Notes under the pieces: model-generated | The model's input: only the letters and a program-made list of their open reading frames with translations | Told to the model about the DNA's origin: nothing | Database searches by the model: none | Source of the DNA: an uncultured bacterium | GTDB lineage: Bacteria > Gemmatimonadota > Gemmatimonadetes > Gemmatimonadales > Gemmatimonadaceae | Assembly: GCA_963978095.1 (NCBI GenBank) | Contig: CAXBQP010000020.1 | Coordinates: 1 to 49,154 of the forward strand | DNA: 49,154 bases | Reading direction: 5' to 3' | Program-made: the position numbers and the translations under genes | In this document: one piece after another, positions 10,709 to 20,909 of the stretch | Layout: every line of letters begins with the position of its first letter | Position numbering within the stretch: position 1 is the first letter of the stretch

Positions 10709-11905
10709 ATGAACGCTCCCGACCCGCTTCTCGACTTCCGCCGCGAGTTTCCGATTCTCGAGCGCTGCACCTACATGGTGTCGAACTCGCTCGGTGCCAT
10801 GCCACGTACCGTCCCCGAGCGGTTGGCGGAGTACGCCGATCAGTGGGCGACGCATGGGGTGCGCGCGTGGGCCAAGGGGTGGTGGTCCATGCCGTTGGCG
10901 TTGGGGGACGAGATCGCGCCGCTCATCGGGGCCGGCCCGGGAGAGGTCGCGATGGTCCCGACCGTGAGCATGGCGCAAGCGGCGATCCTCTCGGCGCTGG
11001 ATTTCCGCAATGGTCGCGACACGATCGTCATGACCGCGCTCGACTTTCCCAGCGTGCGGTATGTGTTCGACGAACTTGCTCCGAAGCTCGGTGCGCGCGT
11101 GGTGGTGGTGCCGAGCGACGACGGCGTGTCGATCGATGAGGACCGCCTCTGCGCGGCCATCGATGACCGCACGGCGTTGGTGGCGATCTCGCATGTGCTC
11201 TTCCGGTCCGCGTACATCATGGATGCCGCCCGGATCACCACGCACGCGCACCGCATGGGAGCGCTGGTGGCGCTGGATGCCTACCACTCGGTCGGTGTGA
11301 TGCCGGTGGACGTGCAGGCAATCGGCGCCGATTTTCTCACCGGCGGCGTCTTGAAGTGGCTGTGCGGTGGTCCGGGCGGCTGCTTCCTGTACGCGTCCCC
11401 GTCGGCCAGCGCACGGTTCGCGCCGGCGCTGACGGGTTGGCAGGCGCATGCGCGTCCCTTCGCCTTTGCCGACGAGATGGAATACGCGGGTGGCGCCGCC
11501 CGCTGGCTCGGCGGGACCCCGGTCATTCCCGCGTTCTTCGCCAACGCCGAGGGGCCGCGCGTGATTGCGCGCGCCGGACTCACGGCGATTCGGGAGAAGT
11601 CGATCCGCCAGACGACCGCGCTCATTGCGCTCGCCGACGCGCGCGGGTATCGAGTGCATGCGCCGCGCGAGGTCAACCGTCGTGGGGGCACGGTCGCCTT
11701 CGACGTGCCGCACGGGGCGGAGGTCGCGCAGGTGTTGCTGGAGCGCGACGTCGTCATCGACTACCGCCCGGGGGCCGGGATTCGCGTAGCCCCGCATTTC
11801 TACACGTCGAATGCCGAGGTCGTGCGCGTGGTCGAGGAAATCGCCGACATCCTCGAGTCCGGGGCGTGGCAACGATTCGCCGGTTCCCGGCCGATCGTCA
11901 CCTAG
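10709..11905 (+). CDS. kynU: Kynureninase-like class V PLP enzyme
   Basis: FRREFP, SNSLG, DFPS, LDAYHSVG, GGVLKWLCGGPG (PLP Lys), RGG, R.APHFY. Confidence 0.7.
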   Translation: MNAPDPLLDFRREFPILERCTYMVSNSLGAMPRTVPERLAEYADQWATHGVRAWAKGWWSMPLALGDEIAPLIGAGPGEVAMVPTVSMAQAAILSALDFRNGRDTIVMTALDFPSVRYVFDELAPKLGARVVVVPSDDGVSIDEDRLCAAIDDRTALVAISHVLFRSAYIMDAARITTHAHRMGALVALDAYHSVGVMPVDVQAIGADFLTGGVLKWLCGGPGGCFLYASPSASARFAPALTGWQAHARPFAFADEMEYAGGAARWLGGTPVIPAFFANAEGPRVIARAGLTAIREKSIRQTTALIALADARGYRVHAPREVNRRGGTVAFDVPHGAEVAQVLLERDVVIDYRPGAGIRVAPHFYTSNAEVVRVVEEIADILESGAWQRFAGSRPIVT

Positions 11906-11968
11906 TCCCGCTCTGGCAGCGCTCCGCCGGACGCTGTAGCTTCGCCGATATCTCCAGTCTCCCAGACC

Positions 11969-12196
11969 ATGCCTCAGGCGCCACGCAAGCTTCGCAAACA
12001 ATACGTGAACACCGCGTACCCGCATGCGGTGCTCCGGTTCGAGGACGGACACGAGATCGTCGTGAAGCGCGGCATCGGAAAGACGTTCGACATCTACGCC
12101 GGCGAAACCGTGAGGCTGCTCGCGGTGTTCGATCCGGACGCCCGGGAGCGCGAGCTGGTGGCAACCCGCAAGGCCGAGGACTTCGACGACGCGTGA
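11969..12196 (+). CDS. Small hypothetical protein (75 aa)
   Basis: Fills the intergenic gap; protein-like composition and GC3-rich codons. Confidence 0.7.
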   Translation: MPQAPRKLRKQYVNTAYPHAVLRFEDGHEIVVKRGIGKTFDIYAGETVRLLAVFDPDARERELVATRKAEDFDDA

Positions 12197-12235
12197 TGCG
12201 TTGTCGTCGGCGTGCGCATCGAGTATCGTGCGCGA

Positions 12236-13153
12236 GTGACGACATCTTCCGATCCTACCGTCCGGCTGCGGCTGCATCCTGAGGTGCAACAGGCGCTGGC
12301 GCGGCGCCTGCCCGTGGTCGCCCTCGAGAGCTCCGTGCTCGCACAGGGGCTTCCGATTCCCGCAAATCGGGAGGCCGACCAGCGGACCCGCCGTGCGGTG
12401 CGGGAGGCGGGCGTCGTGCCGGCGGTGACGGCAGTGGTGCGCGGCGCACCGACCATTGGTCTGGACGAGGCGGACCTGGAACGGTTTCTCGCGCGCGGGG
12501 GCATCCACAAGGTGTCGGCCCGCGACCTCCCGTGGGCCATGGCGACCGGCCGCGATGGCGCGACCACCGTGGCGGCGTCGCTGGCCCTGTGCACGGCGGC
12601 GGGGCTCCCGGTCTTCGCCACCGGGGGGATCGGTGGCGTCCATCGCGACGCGCCCTACGACGAGTCGGCGGATCTCCTCGAACTCGCACGCTCGCCTGTG
12701 ATCACCGTGTGTGCCGGCGCCAAATCGATCCTCGACCTGCCAGCCACGCTGGAGCGACTCGAGACGCTGGGCGTGAGCGTGCTCGGGTACCGCACCGAGG
12801 AGTTTCCGGGCTTCTTCACGTCGCGGACGAGGCTCGTGGTGCCAGCGGTCGCGGAGTCGGCCGCGCAGATCGCGGCCGCGTATCGGGCGTCGCGATCCCT
12901 GGGGCGTCCCTCGGCGCTCTTGGTGGTTCAGCCGCCGCCCGCCAGTACGGCACTCGATCCGGCGGTCGTGGAGTCCGCCGTCGCCCACGCCTTGGAATCG
13001 GCGCGGGCCGCCGGCGTGCGTGGCGCGGCCGTCACACCGTTTCTGCTCGCCGCCGTCGAACGGGAGACGGGGGGCCGGTCGCTGGCGACCAACCTCGCGC
13101 TCCTGGAGTCCAATGCGGCGTTGGCGGCAGAGATCGCCGTCGCGCTCCATTGA
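12236..13153 (+). CDS. psuG: Pseudouridine-5'-phosphate glycosidase
   Basis: PVVALESS, KVSARDL, GATTVAA, FATGGIGGVHR, DESADL, CAGAKSILD, G.AVTPFLL; GTG start chosen from the upstream -10 element. Confidence 0.92.
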   Translation: MTTSSDPTVRLRLHPEVQQALARRLPVVALESSVLAQGLPIPANREADQRTRRAVREAGVVPAVTAVVRGAPTIGLDEADLERFLARGGIHKVSARDLPWAMATGRDGATTVAASLALCTAAGLPVFATGGIGGVHRDAPYDESADLLELARSPVITVCAGAKSILDLPATLERLETLGVSVLGYRTEEFPGFFTSRTRLVVPAVAESAAQIAAAYRASRSLGRPSALLVVQPPPASTALDPAVVESAVAHALESARAAGVRGAAVTPFLLAAVERETGGRSLATNLALLESNAALAAEIAVALH

Positions 13154-13215
13154 TTGTCACCGGTGCCACCGCTTACGATTCCGTCATCATCCCCGAGCTG
13201 GAGGTCAGGCGAACC

Positions 13216-14325
13216 ATGGCGTCTTCCTTCCTGAGTTCTGAGGAGTACGACGAGCGGGCGCATCAGCTCTACAACGAGGGCAACTTCGACGGCGCCCTCG
13301 TCACGTTGCGGGAAGGGCTGGCGCTGTATCCGAACGCGGTGGAGCTTCACGTGGGACTCGGCTATGCGCGTCTGGCCCGGGACGAGTTCGCGTGGGCGCG
13401 CCGCAGCTTCGAGGAAGCGCTCCTGCTCGACCCCGATCACGAAGACGCGCTCGCGGGACTCGGCGAGACCCTGTTGCGCTTCGGTCAGATCGCGGCCGCG
13501 CTCAAGAGCTTCAGCCGGATTCTCGACCTCGGGTACCAGGACGACATCGAGTTGATGCTGCAGGTGGCGCGGGCACTGTTCCGCGACGGCCTCATGGAGG
13601 ATGCGGCCCGGTTCGTCACGGTCGCCATCCAGCAGGTGCCCGACAATGCGGAAGCAGTGGCGATGCTCGGCTACATCGAGCATCGGACCGCACAGGATGA
13701 GGCGTCCGTCGCGACCCTGCGTCGCGCACTCACTCTCGAGCCGGACTACGCCGAAGCGCGGATCTATCTCGCCAACGTCCTGTACGACCGGGGCGACTAC
13801 GAGGCCGCGCTGTATCAGTTCGAGCAGACCTCGCCCGAGGACCATTGGGACGAGCTCGGCATCTGGCGCCTCATGGAGCTCAAGAAGAGCACGCAGCGGC
13901 TGGCCGACGACGATCCCGCGCTTCGGCCGTGGGACGATCGGCTTGCGGAGCTCAATGAGGAGCCCGACGACATCGACCTCATGCTCGGGGAGATCGAGGC
14001 GGCGGCGAACACCCGGGCCGAGGACGAGGCGCGCCATCAGCTGGAACTGTTCGGCACCTTGCTCGCCGAGTTCGCGGTGGAACTGGGCGCGGGAGGCGCG
14101 CATGATGTGATCGGCCGCGACGGTCGGCAATACCACGGCAGTTGGACGCAGATCGTGCAACAGATGCGCGAGGGGGCGTCACAGCCCGGGCGGACGGTCG
14201 AGGAGTTCATGCAGGCGGAGGCACGTCGCGGGTTCTCGCTGACGGGGATGCTCATTTCGACGGCGGACGCCGAGGCGTTCATCCGCGGCAGTGCTGACGC
14301 GGGCATGCTGCGGATCGTGCGCTGA
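13216..14325 (+). CDS. Tetratricopeptide repeat protein
   Basis: GGAGG RBS; repeated TPR helices (ALLLDPDHEDALAGLG, ALTLEPDYAEARIYLANV). Confidence 0.88.
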   Translation: MASSFLSSEEYDERAHQLYNEGNFDGALVTLREGLALYPNAVELHVGLGYARLARDEFAWARRSFEEALLLDPDHEDALAGLGETLLRFGQIAAALKSFSRILDLGYQDDIELMLQVARALFRDGLMEDAARFVTVAIQQVPDNAEAVAMLGYIEHRTAQDEASVATLRRALTLEPDYAEARIYLANVLYDRGDYEAALYQFEQTSPEDHWDELGIWRLMELKKSTQRLADDDPALRPWDDRLAELNEEPDDIDLMLGEIEAAANTRAEDEARHQLELFGTLLAEFAVELGAGGAHDVIGRDGRQYHGSWTQIVQQMREGASQPGRTVEEFMQAEARRGFSLTGMLISTADAEAFIRGSADAGMLRIVR

Positions 14326-14362
14326 TGAAGAACAGGCTGCGGCGCGGGACTCGGAGTGGCGC

Positions 14363-15280
14363 ATGATCACCCTGCGCGAGGTCACGCGTGAATACCGGTC
14401 GCTGCTCGGCCGCACGGTCCGCGCGGTGGACGATGTTTCGCTCGATATCGCGGCGGGCGAAGTCCTGGGCATCGCCGGACCCAACGGAGCGGGGAAGACC
14501 ACCTTGCTGGCGATCTTGCTCGGCTTCTTGCGGCCGACGTCTGGCGCGTTGCGCATCGATGGACTCGAGCCCCGGGCGTTCGTTGAGGCGCACGGCGTGG
14601 CGTACGTGCCGGAGCTGATGGCGCTCCCGACGCACTGGACGGTCGACGAGGCGTTGCGTCGCCTTGCGACCCTCGCAGACGTGCCGGCGGCGGAGTTGCG
14701 GGGCGCCGTCGATCGTGTGGTCGGGGCGTTGGCGATCGGCGAGCACCGCGGAAAGCGGCTGAAGGCACTGTCCAAGGGCAATTTCCAGCGCGTGGGCATC
14801 GCGCAGGCGCTGCTGCACGACGACATGCGACTCGTGGTGTTCGACGAGCCGACGCACGGTCTGGATCCGGTCTGGACGGCCCGGTTCCGCGAGATCGTCG
14901 ATGCCATGCGGCGTCCCGACCGCGTCATCGTGGTGGCCTCGCACAATCTGGACGAACTCGAGCGGGTGTGTGATCGGGTCGCCATCGTGGACCGCGGGCG
15001 GATCCAGCGGGTCGTCACCGTTGGCGGGACCCCGGCAGCGACCGCGTCGGCGGCGACGTACCGTATCCGGGTGGCGACCGGGGGCGAGGCCGTTGTAGCG
15101 GCCTTCCCGGGGGCAACGCTCACCACCAACGGGGACATCGACGTGGGCTCGGTGGACCTCCCCACGCTGAATGCCCGGCTGGCCTCCGCGATCGCGGGCG
15201 GCGCGATGATCGTCACGGTCGTACCGCGCGCGAGCGCACTGGAGACGGCCTTTCGGTCCGCCGTCGGAGGCGGTGCCTGA
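14363..15280 (+). CDS. ABC exporter ATP-binding protein
   Basis: Walker A GPNGAGKTT; signature LSKGNFQR; Walker B VVFDEP; SH switch. Confidence 0.92.
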   Translation: MITLREVTREYRSLLGRTVRAVDDVSLDIAAGEVLGIAGPNGAGKTTLLAILLGFLRPTSGALRIDGLEPRAFVEAHGVAYVPELMALPTHWTVDEALRRLATLADVPAAELRGAVDRVVGALAIGEHRGKRLKALSKGNFQRVGIAQALLHDDMRLVVFDEPTHGLDPVWTARFREIVDAMRRPDRVIVVASHNLDELERVCDRVAIVDRGRIQRVVTVGGTPAATASAATYRIRVATGGEAVVAAFPGATLTTNGDIDVGSVDLPTLNARLASAIAGGAMIVTVVPRASALETAFRSAVGGGA

Positions 15281-16029
15281 TGCGATCCGGCATGCTGCGC
15301 TACGCGCGCTATCAGGCCGGCGATTTCCTTTTGCAGAAGGCCTCGGTGCCGGCCGTACTCGCCCTGTTCATCGGCGGACTGACCGTCTATCTGGCTTCGC
15401 ATAGGAGCGTGCCGATCGACTGGTCCGCGCCCTTGGGTGCCGACAACGCGCGCGCGGTACTGAAACAGGCGTTGGATCTGTTCGTGCCGCTCGCGGCGTT
15501 CCTGGCCGTCAACGGCATCAGCAGTGGGGATCGCCAACGGGGGTATGTGCGATTCCTCTTTGCGAAACCCGTTGTCGTGCCGGCCTATTATGTGCAGACG
15601 TGGCTTGTGGATGGCGGAATGCTGGCGCTGCTCGCCGGCGCGCTCACGATGTTGCTGCAGCTGTTCACGACGGCGTTGCCGGTCGGGGGCGCCATGGCGG
15701 CGGCCGCGCTCACATGGATCCTTTTGGGCGGGCTCGGCTTCATGCTGTCGACGCTCACCCGGCGGGATGGCGCGCTGGTGATTCTGGTCTGGATGCTGGC
15801 GTCGCTCCTGCGTGCGGCCGCCGCGATGCAGCCGGAAAGTCCGCTGCCGTCGTGGATGCTCCCCGTGGTGAAGCTGCTGCCTCCCGCCGACCGGCTCGAT
15901 GTCGTGCGCACGGCACTGTACGGCGTTCACGCCGTCGACACGGCGGCGGTGCTGCATGTGGTCGCGTACGGGCTCTCCTGTCTCGCCGTTGGCACGTTCG
16001 TGCTGCGGCGCCGTTCCCTGATCACCTGA
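15280..16029 (+). CDS. ABC-2 type permease
   Basis: About 6 hydrophobic segments; ISSGDRQRGYVRFLFAKP coupling motif; TGATG overlap with the ATPase. Confidence 0.8.
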   Translation: MRSGMLRYARYQAGDFLLQKASVPAVLALFIGGLTVYLASHRSVPIDWSAPLGADNARAVLKQALDLFVPLAAFLAVNGISSGDRQRGYVRFLFAKPVVVPAYYVQTWLVDGGMLALLAGALTMLLQLFTTALPVGGAMAAAALTWILLGGLGFMLSTLTRRDGALVILVWMLASLLRAAAAMQPESPLPSWMLPVVKLLPPADRLDVVRTALYGVHAVDTAAVLHVVAYGLSCLAVGTFVLRRRSLIT

Positions 16030-16040
16030 CCCGCCCCCGC

Positions 16041-18677
16041 ATGTCGTTGCTCGATCGCGCCATTCCCCCCGACAGCGTTCGCCGCGTCGTGCTTCCGAAC
16101 GGTTTGCGACTGCTCGTTCGCCGCGATACGACCGCGCCGGTCGTGGCGATTGTCACCTACGTGAAGGCGGGCTACTTCGACGAGACGGACGACATCGTCG
16201 GCGTCGCGCATGTGCTGGAGCACATGTACTTCAAAGGAACCCCATCGCTCGGCGTCGGGGAGATCGCACGGGCCACCAAGGCAAGTGGCGGCTTCCTGAA
16301 CGCGGGGACCATCTACGACCACACGCATTACTACGCGGTGTTGCCGTCCACGGGATTCGCGGCCGGGCTCGCGGTGCAGGCCGACGCGTATGCCAACTCG
16401 CTGATCGACGCGGCCGAACTCGCACGCGAGCTCGAGGTCATCATCGAGGAGGCCAAGCGCAAGCAGGACAATCCCACGGCCTTGGCCACGGAGACCTTGT
16501 TCGAGTTGCTGCACGAGCGCCACCGGATGCGACGCTGGCGCATGGGTCGCGAAGCGGGGCTGCGTGCGCTCGGTCGCGCGCAGGTGGACGGCTTCTATCG
16601 GAACTTCTACCGACCCTCGAATACCGTGCTCTCGATCGTGGGGGACGTCGATCCCGATGCGGCCGTGGCACTGGTGACGCAACACTACGGCGGGCTGTCC
16701 GACGCGCCGGTCCAGCGGAGCCCGGGGCCCGTGGAGGTCACGCCCCCTGTCCCGGCGTTCCGGTATCGGGAACTCTCTGGAGACATCAAGCAGGCCGAGC
16801 TGGTGTTCGGGTGGCGGACCCCGGCGCTGCTGCATCCGGATACGCCGGCGCTGGATCTCCTGAGCGCAGTGCTGTCGAGTGGGCGCGCCTCGCGGCTGTA
16901 TCGCGGCGTCCGGGAGCGTCGCCTCGCCTCCGCGGTGAGCAGTGCGAACTACACGCCAACAGAGCTCGGCGTCTTCACGCTGCACGTCTCGGCGCGGCCC
17001 GAGCTTGCGGTGTCCGCCGCGCGCGCGGCATGGGATCAGCTGCGGTGTGTCCGCGAGGGCGCGGTGACCGCCGCCGAGGTTGATCGCGCGCGACGAGTGC
17101 TCGAAGCGAGCTGGTTGCGCCGCTTCGAAACGATGGACGGACAGGCGAATCATCTGGCGTCGTGGGAGCTGCTCGGGGACTGGCAGCGCGCGGGGGCGTA
17201 CGTGGACGCCCTGCTCTCGACGGATGCGGCGGCAGTCGCCGCAGTGGCGCGGCGGTACCTCACCCCGGAACTCGCGGGACTCGTCGCGTATCGCCCGGCC
17301 GACGCCCCGGTGTTCGCCCAGGATGCCGCGCGGATGCTCGAACGGCTCGACGACGAACGACCGGTCCCGCTTGAGGCCGCCACGCGCCCCGGGGCGCCGT
17401 CCGTGGTGACGCCACTCGGTGCGGCGGTGCTGGATCGCGTGGCGGGTGCGGTCCGAGTGTATCGCACCGCCGAAGGGATCCCGGTGCTCGTGCAGCGCCG
17501 GCCGGGTGCCATCGGGCATCTCGGGTGGTTCGCGCGCGGCGGCGCGAGCACGGATGCGCTCCCGCAGGCGGGGCTCGCCTCGATGGCGGCCCGTACGGCG
17601 CTCAAGGGAACCCAACGGCGCGGCAGTCAGCGACTTGCCGAGGATGCGGAGTTCCTCGGGGGCGTGTTGACGTCGTCGGCCACGCCTGATCTGCTGCAGT
17701 TCACGATGTCGGTGCCCGTCCGCCAGCTGGCGGAGGCGGCAGAGTTGTTGGGAGACGTGGTGCAGGAGCCATCGTTTCAGGTGGACGCGTTCGAGGCGGA
17801 ACGTGCCGTGGCACTGGCCTCGCTCGCCTCGATGCACGACGACATGTATCGCTGGCCCATGCGACTCGCGCAGGAGGCGGCGTGGGCCGGCCATCCCTAC
17901 GGCATGTCGCTGCTCGGCACCGAGGAGACCCTTCGGCGGATGTCGCCGGCGGATCTCGCGGCCTTCCATCGCGAACGGGTGCTCGAGTCTTCGGGGGTGG
18001 CGGTGGTCGTGGCGGATCTGGATCCGGACGATGCCGCGGCGCTCGCCGGTCGTGCGTTCAGCGGGTTGCGCGCCGGACCCGATCCCCGGATCGACCGGGC
18101 CGCCTGGCCGAGTATCGCGCATCGGGTGGAGGAGTCGCGCGAGAAGGCGCAGAGCGCACTCGCGATTCTGTTCGAGGGCCCCTCGCGCGAAGAGGACGCG
18201 CGCACGTCGGCCGCGCTCATTGCTTCGGTTGCCAGCGGGTTGGGGGGGCGATTCTTCGACGAGTTGCGGGACCGGCAGTCGCTCGCCTACTCGGTGATGG
18301 CGGCACCGATCGTCCGTCGTCGAGGCGGCGCCTTTGCGGCCTACATCGCGATGTCGCCCGAAAAACTTGAGCAGGCGGAGCATGGGTTGCTCGCGGAGTT
18401 CGCCAAGTTGTGCGAGTCGCCGGTGTCGGACCAGGAGCTCGACCAGGGCAAGACGTATCTGCGCGGCAGTTGGGCGATCCGTCGGGAAAGCGGCGCGGCC
18501 GTGGCCGCGGATCTCGCCGATGCCTGGCTCTTCGGGCGCTCGCTCGAGGAAATCGACGCGTACGACGGCCGGATTCGCGCCGCGACCGCCTCCGACCTGC
18601 TGGCCTGCGCGCGTCGCTATTTCGACCCGTCACGTCTCGCGACCGCCGTCATCCGTGGATCGGGACACCGCGGCTGA
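16041..18677 (+). CDS. M16 zinc peptidase (pitrilysin/PqqL-like)
   Basis: LPNGL; inverted zinc motif HVLEHMYFKG; SRL..VRE; second half RFFDELRDRQSLAYSV. Confidence 0.92.
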   Translation: MSLLDRAIPPDSVRRVVLPNGLRLLVRRDTTAPVVAIVTYVKAGYFDETDDIVGVAHVLEHMYFKGTPSLGVGEIARATKASGGFLNAGTIYDHTHYYAVLPSTGFAAGLAVQADAYANSLIDAAELARELEVIIEEAKRKQDNPTALATETLFELLHERHRMRRWRMGREAGLRALGRAQVDGFYRNFYRPSNTVLSIVGDVDPDAAVALVTQHYGGLSDAPVQRSPGPVEVTPPVPAFRYRELSGDIKQAELVFGWRTPALLHPDTPALDLLSAVLSSGRASRLYRGVRERRLASAVSSANYTPTELGVFTLHVSARPELAVSAARAAWDQLRCVREGAVTAAEVDRARRVLEASWLRRFETMDGQANHLASWELLGDWQRAGAYVDALLSTDAAAVAAVARRYLTPELAGLVAYRPADAPVFAQDAARMLERLDDERPVPLEAATRPGAPSVVTPLGAAVLDRVAGAVRVYRTAEGIPVLVQRRPGAIGHLGWFARGGASTDALPQAGLASMAARTALKGTQRRGSQRLAEDAEFLGGVLTSSATPDLLQFTMSVPVRQLAEAAELLGDVVQEPSFQVDAFEAERAVALASLASMHDDMYRWPMRLAQEAAWAGHPYGMSLLGTEETLRRMSPADLAAFHRERVLESSGVAVVVADLDPDDAAALAGRAFSGLRAGPDPRIDRAAWPSIAHRVEESREKAQSALAILFEGPSREEDARTSAALIASVASGLGGRFFDELRDRQSLAYSVMAAPIVRRRGGAFAAYIAMSPEKLEQAEHGLLAEFAKLCESPVSDQELDQGKTYLRGSWAIRRESGAAVAADLADAWLFGRSLEEIDAYDGRIRAATASDLLACARRYFDPSRLATAVIRGSGHRG

Positions 18678-18692
18678 CCGCGCCGCGGCGTG

Positions 18693-19421
18693 TCAGCGCG
18701 TGCTGGCGGGGAGGTAGCCGAGCGCGCGATTCAGCCAGCGCGCCATGGGAAGCATGAGGGCGAAGTCCCGCATGGCCAGATCCACGAGTGCCGCCGACTG
18801 CAGGTCGCGGTCCGCGTACCCGACCCCGACGGTGAAGGACTTGTACCGCAACCACGATGCCGCCGGATGATCGTCGGTGAATCCGCGCGGCAGCCGTTTG
18901 AGCAGGATGCCGGGTTCGTCCTGCGTCAGTGTGCCGAATCGGCGGGTGAATGGTGCGGCCGTGACGGCCCGCCGCCATCCGGGAAGGTCGGTGCCCAATC
19001 GGTCGCGTATCTTGGCCAGCGCGTGCGCCGGCGGCATCCAGAGCCCACCCGCGACCATGGACGCACCTGGCTGCAGGTGGAGGTAGAACCCCGCACCGCC
19101 ATCGATCTCCTTTCCGACTCCACGACCCGGGGCGCGATGGAAGATCCACAGGGAGGCGTGCGTCTTGTACGGTGCCTTGTCCTTGCTGAAGCGCACGTCA
19201 CGATGGATGCGGAACATCGAGCGTTTGGGATCGCCGACGAACTCCGGCGCGAGGGTGGCGAATCGGACGTCGAGCTCCTCGATCAAGGCGCGCGTCGGCT
19301 CCGCCACCTGGTGGACATAGTCGTCCCGATGCGCCTCGAACCATTCGCGGCGATTGTTGCGCGCGAGGGCGCGCAGAAAGGTGAACGCCGCGGGGCGATA
19401 GCCGGTGAAAGAAGGGTTCAC
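18693..19421 (-). CDS. DUF2461 (TIGR02453) protein
   Basis: NNRREWFEAHR, FRIHRDVRFSKDKAPYK, GFYLHL, LKRLPRGF..DHP. Confidence 0.9.
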   Translation of the reverse strand: MNPSFTGYRPAAFTFLRALARNNRREWFEAHRDDYVHQVAEPTRALIEELDVRFATLAPEFVGDPKRSMFRIHRDVRFSKDKAPYKTHASLWIFHRAPGRGVGKEIDGGAGFYLHLQPGASMVAGGLWMPPAHALAKIRDRLGTDLPGWRRAVTAAPFTRRFGTLTQDEPGILLKRLPRGFTDDHPAASWLRYKSFTVGVGYADRDLQSAALVDLAMRDFALMLPMARWLNRALGYLPASTR

Positions 19422-19437
19422 GTGCCGTGCCTCCAGT

Positions 19438-19791
19438 TCAACCGCGGTCGAGTCGGGCGGTCCGCGCTTCCGACACGCCGAGCTTGCGGACGAAGACATC
19501 CACCGCACGCTGCGGGTCGCGCCCCGCAGCCACGAGCAGGTCGAGCGCCAGCAGCTCGCGGGACGGAATCGTGTGCACGCTCATGTGCCCGAGGTCGAGC
19601 AACACGACGACGGCGACCCCCTCGCGCGGCAGGGTGCGGATGACCGGCGGACCAAAGGTGGAGAGTCCCGCGGCCCCCGCGGCCGACAGGAGCAACCCGG
19701 CGATTGCCGTGCCGTCGTGCAACAGGCTCGTCGGCGCGCCGCGGAAGTCCGCGGTCCGGTGCAACAGCGGGGGCGGGCCGTGTGCTTCCAT
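19438..19791 (-). CDS. S-adenosylmethionine decarboxylase (SpeD/SpeH)-like protein lacking the E-S cleavage site
   Basis: GVAVVVLLDLGHMSVHTIP..ALDLL and terminal RG resemble G.S.V.V..ESH.S.HTWPE..A.D.F.C and RG of class 1b AdoMetDC. Confidence 0.7.
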   Translation of the reverse strand: MEAHGPPPLLHRTADFRGAPTSLLHDGTAIAGLLLSAAGAAGLSTFGPPVIRTLPREGVAVVVLLDLGHMSVHTIPSRELLALDLLVAAGRDPQRAVDVFVRKLGVSEARTARLDRG

Positions 19792-19809
19792 TATCGGAGG
19801 AGTGCCACG

Positions 19810-20274
19810 CTAAAACATGCTCATGGCGAGGAATGACCGCAGCGAATCGTTGGTCGAGCGCAGGCGGGCCGACATCACGCGCACCACCGACCAGAGCACC
19901 TTGTAGGCGAGCTCGCGATCGAAGTCGAGCACCATCTCGAAATCCGTGCGCGAGATCGTCAGCACCTTCGTGCCGCCGTTCGAGATGGCATCGGTGCTCC
20001 GCTGGCTGTGGTCGAACACCGCCATTTCCCCGAACAGCGCCCCCGGTTTGAGCACGGCGAGCGCCTCCTCACCGCTTCCCGGAATGTCGCGGCTGATGCG
20101 CACCTCACCGGCGACAATCAGGTAAAGGCGGTTTCCGACCTCCCCTTCGCGGAAAATGACCTCCCCGCTCTGATACTCGGTGGGTCGGCAGACCTCGGCG
20201 AGCTGTGCGAGCTCGCTGTCGTCCAGGTCCCGGAAGATGGCGCTGGCGCGGAGCAATTCCATGCGGTCGGTCAT
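19810..20274 (-). CDS. Stand-alone cyclic nucleotide-binding domain protein
   Basis: IFREGE.G..LYLI..GEV, FGEMA, RS phosphate-binding cassette; no HTH domain. Confidence 0.9.
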   Translation of the reverse strand: MTDRMELLRASAIFRDLDDSELAQLAEVCRPTEYQSGEVIFREGEVGNRLYLIVAGEVRISRDIPGSGEEALAVLKPGALFGEMAVFDHSQRSTDAISNGGTKVLTISRTDFEMVLDFDRELAYKVLWSVVRVMSARLRSTNDSLRSFLAMSMF

Positions 20275-20370
20275 GCGGTACGATTGGGCAAGGGGGACAG
20301 GGACTCCCCGCGAAGCTAGGGATGCCCTTGGACGCTGGCAAGCGTCGCGGTGTATCGGCTAGACTTCAGG

Positions 20371-20901
20371 ATGCGGACGCGCGAACCGTTGGCGAACCTG
20401 CCCAACCTGATCTCGCTCTCGCGACTCGGAATGGCCGGGCTGTTCGTGGTGCTGGACGGTCGTGAGCAACGGCTCCTTCTGATCGCGGGTGCGGCCACCA
20501 CCGATATCCTCGACGGGTACATCGCCCGGAGCCGTGGCTCGGTCACCAAGTGGGGCGCGCTGATCGACGCCATCGCCGACCGCTTTTTCGTGTTCGCCGC
20601 CGTCTGCTGCCTGCTGTTCGACCGCACGCTTCAGACGTGGCAGTACGCGGTCTTCATCTCGCGCGACTTCATGACCGCCGTCGGCTTTCTGACGGCCAAG
20701 GCGATTCCCTGGCTGCGCGCGGTGCCGTTCCAGTCACGTCCGGCGGGCAAGGTGGTGACCGTCTTCCAGGTGGCGACGCTGACCGCCATCTATCTGGTGC
20801 CCTCGCTCGTGATACCGTTGCTGATCACGGTCGGTGTGGCGTCGCTCTATGCGATCGTCGATTACACCATCGCGCTGTATCACGCGCGGGCGCGGAACTG
20901 A
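20371..20901 (+). CDS. CDP-alcohol phosphatidyltransferase (PgsA-like)
   Basis: NLPNLISLSR; TDILDGYIAR...G..ID..AD signature. Confidence 0.92.
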   Translation: MRTREPLANLPNLISLSRLGMAGLFVVLDGREQRLLLIAGAATTDILDGYIARSRGSVTKWGALIDAIADRFFVFAAVCCLLFDRTLQTWQYAVFISRDFMTAVGFLTAKAIPWLRAVPFQSRPAGKVVTVFQVATLTAIYLVPSLVIPLLITVGVASLYAIVDYTIALYHARARN

Positions 20902-20909
20902 CGGTGGTC

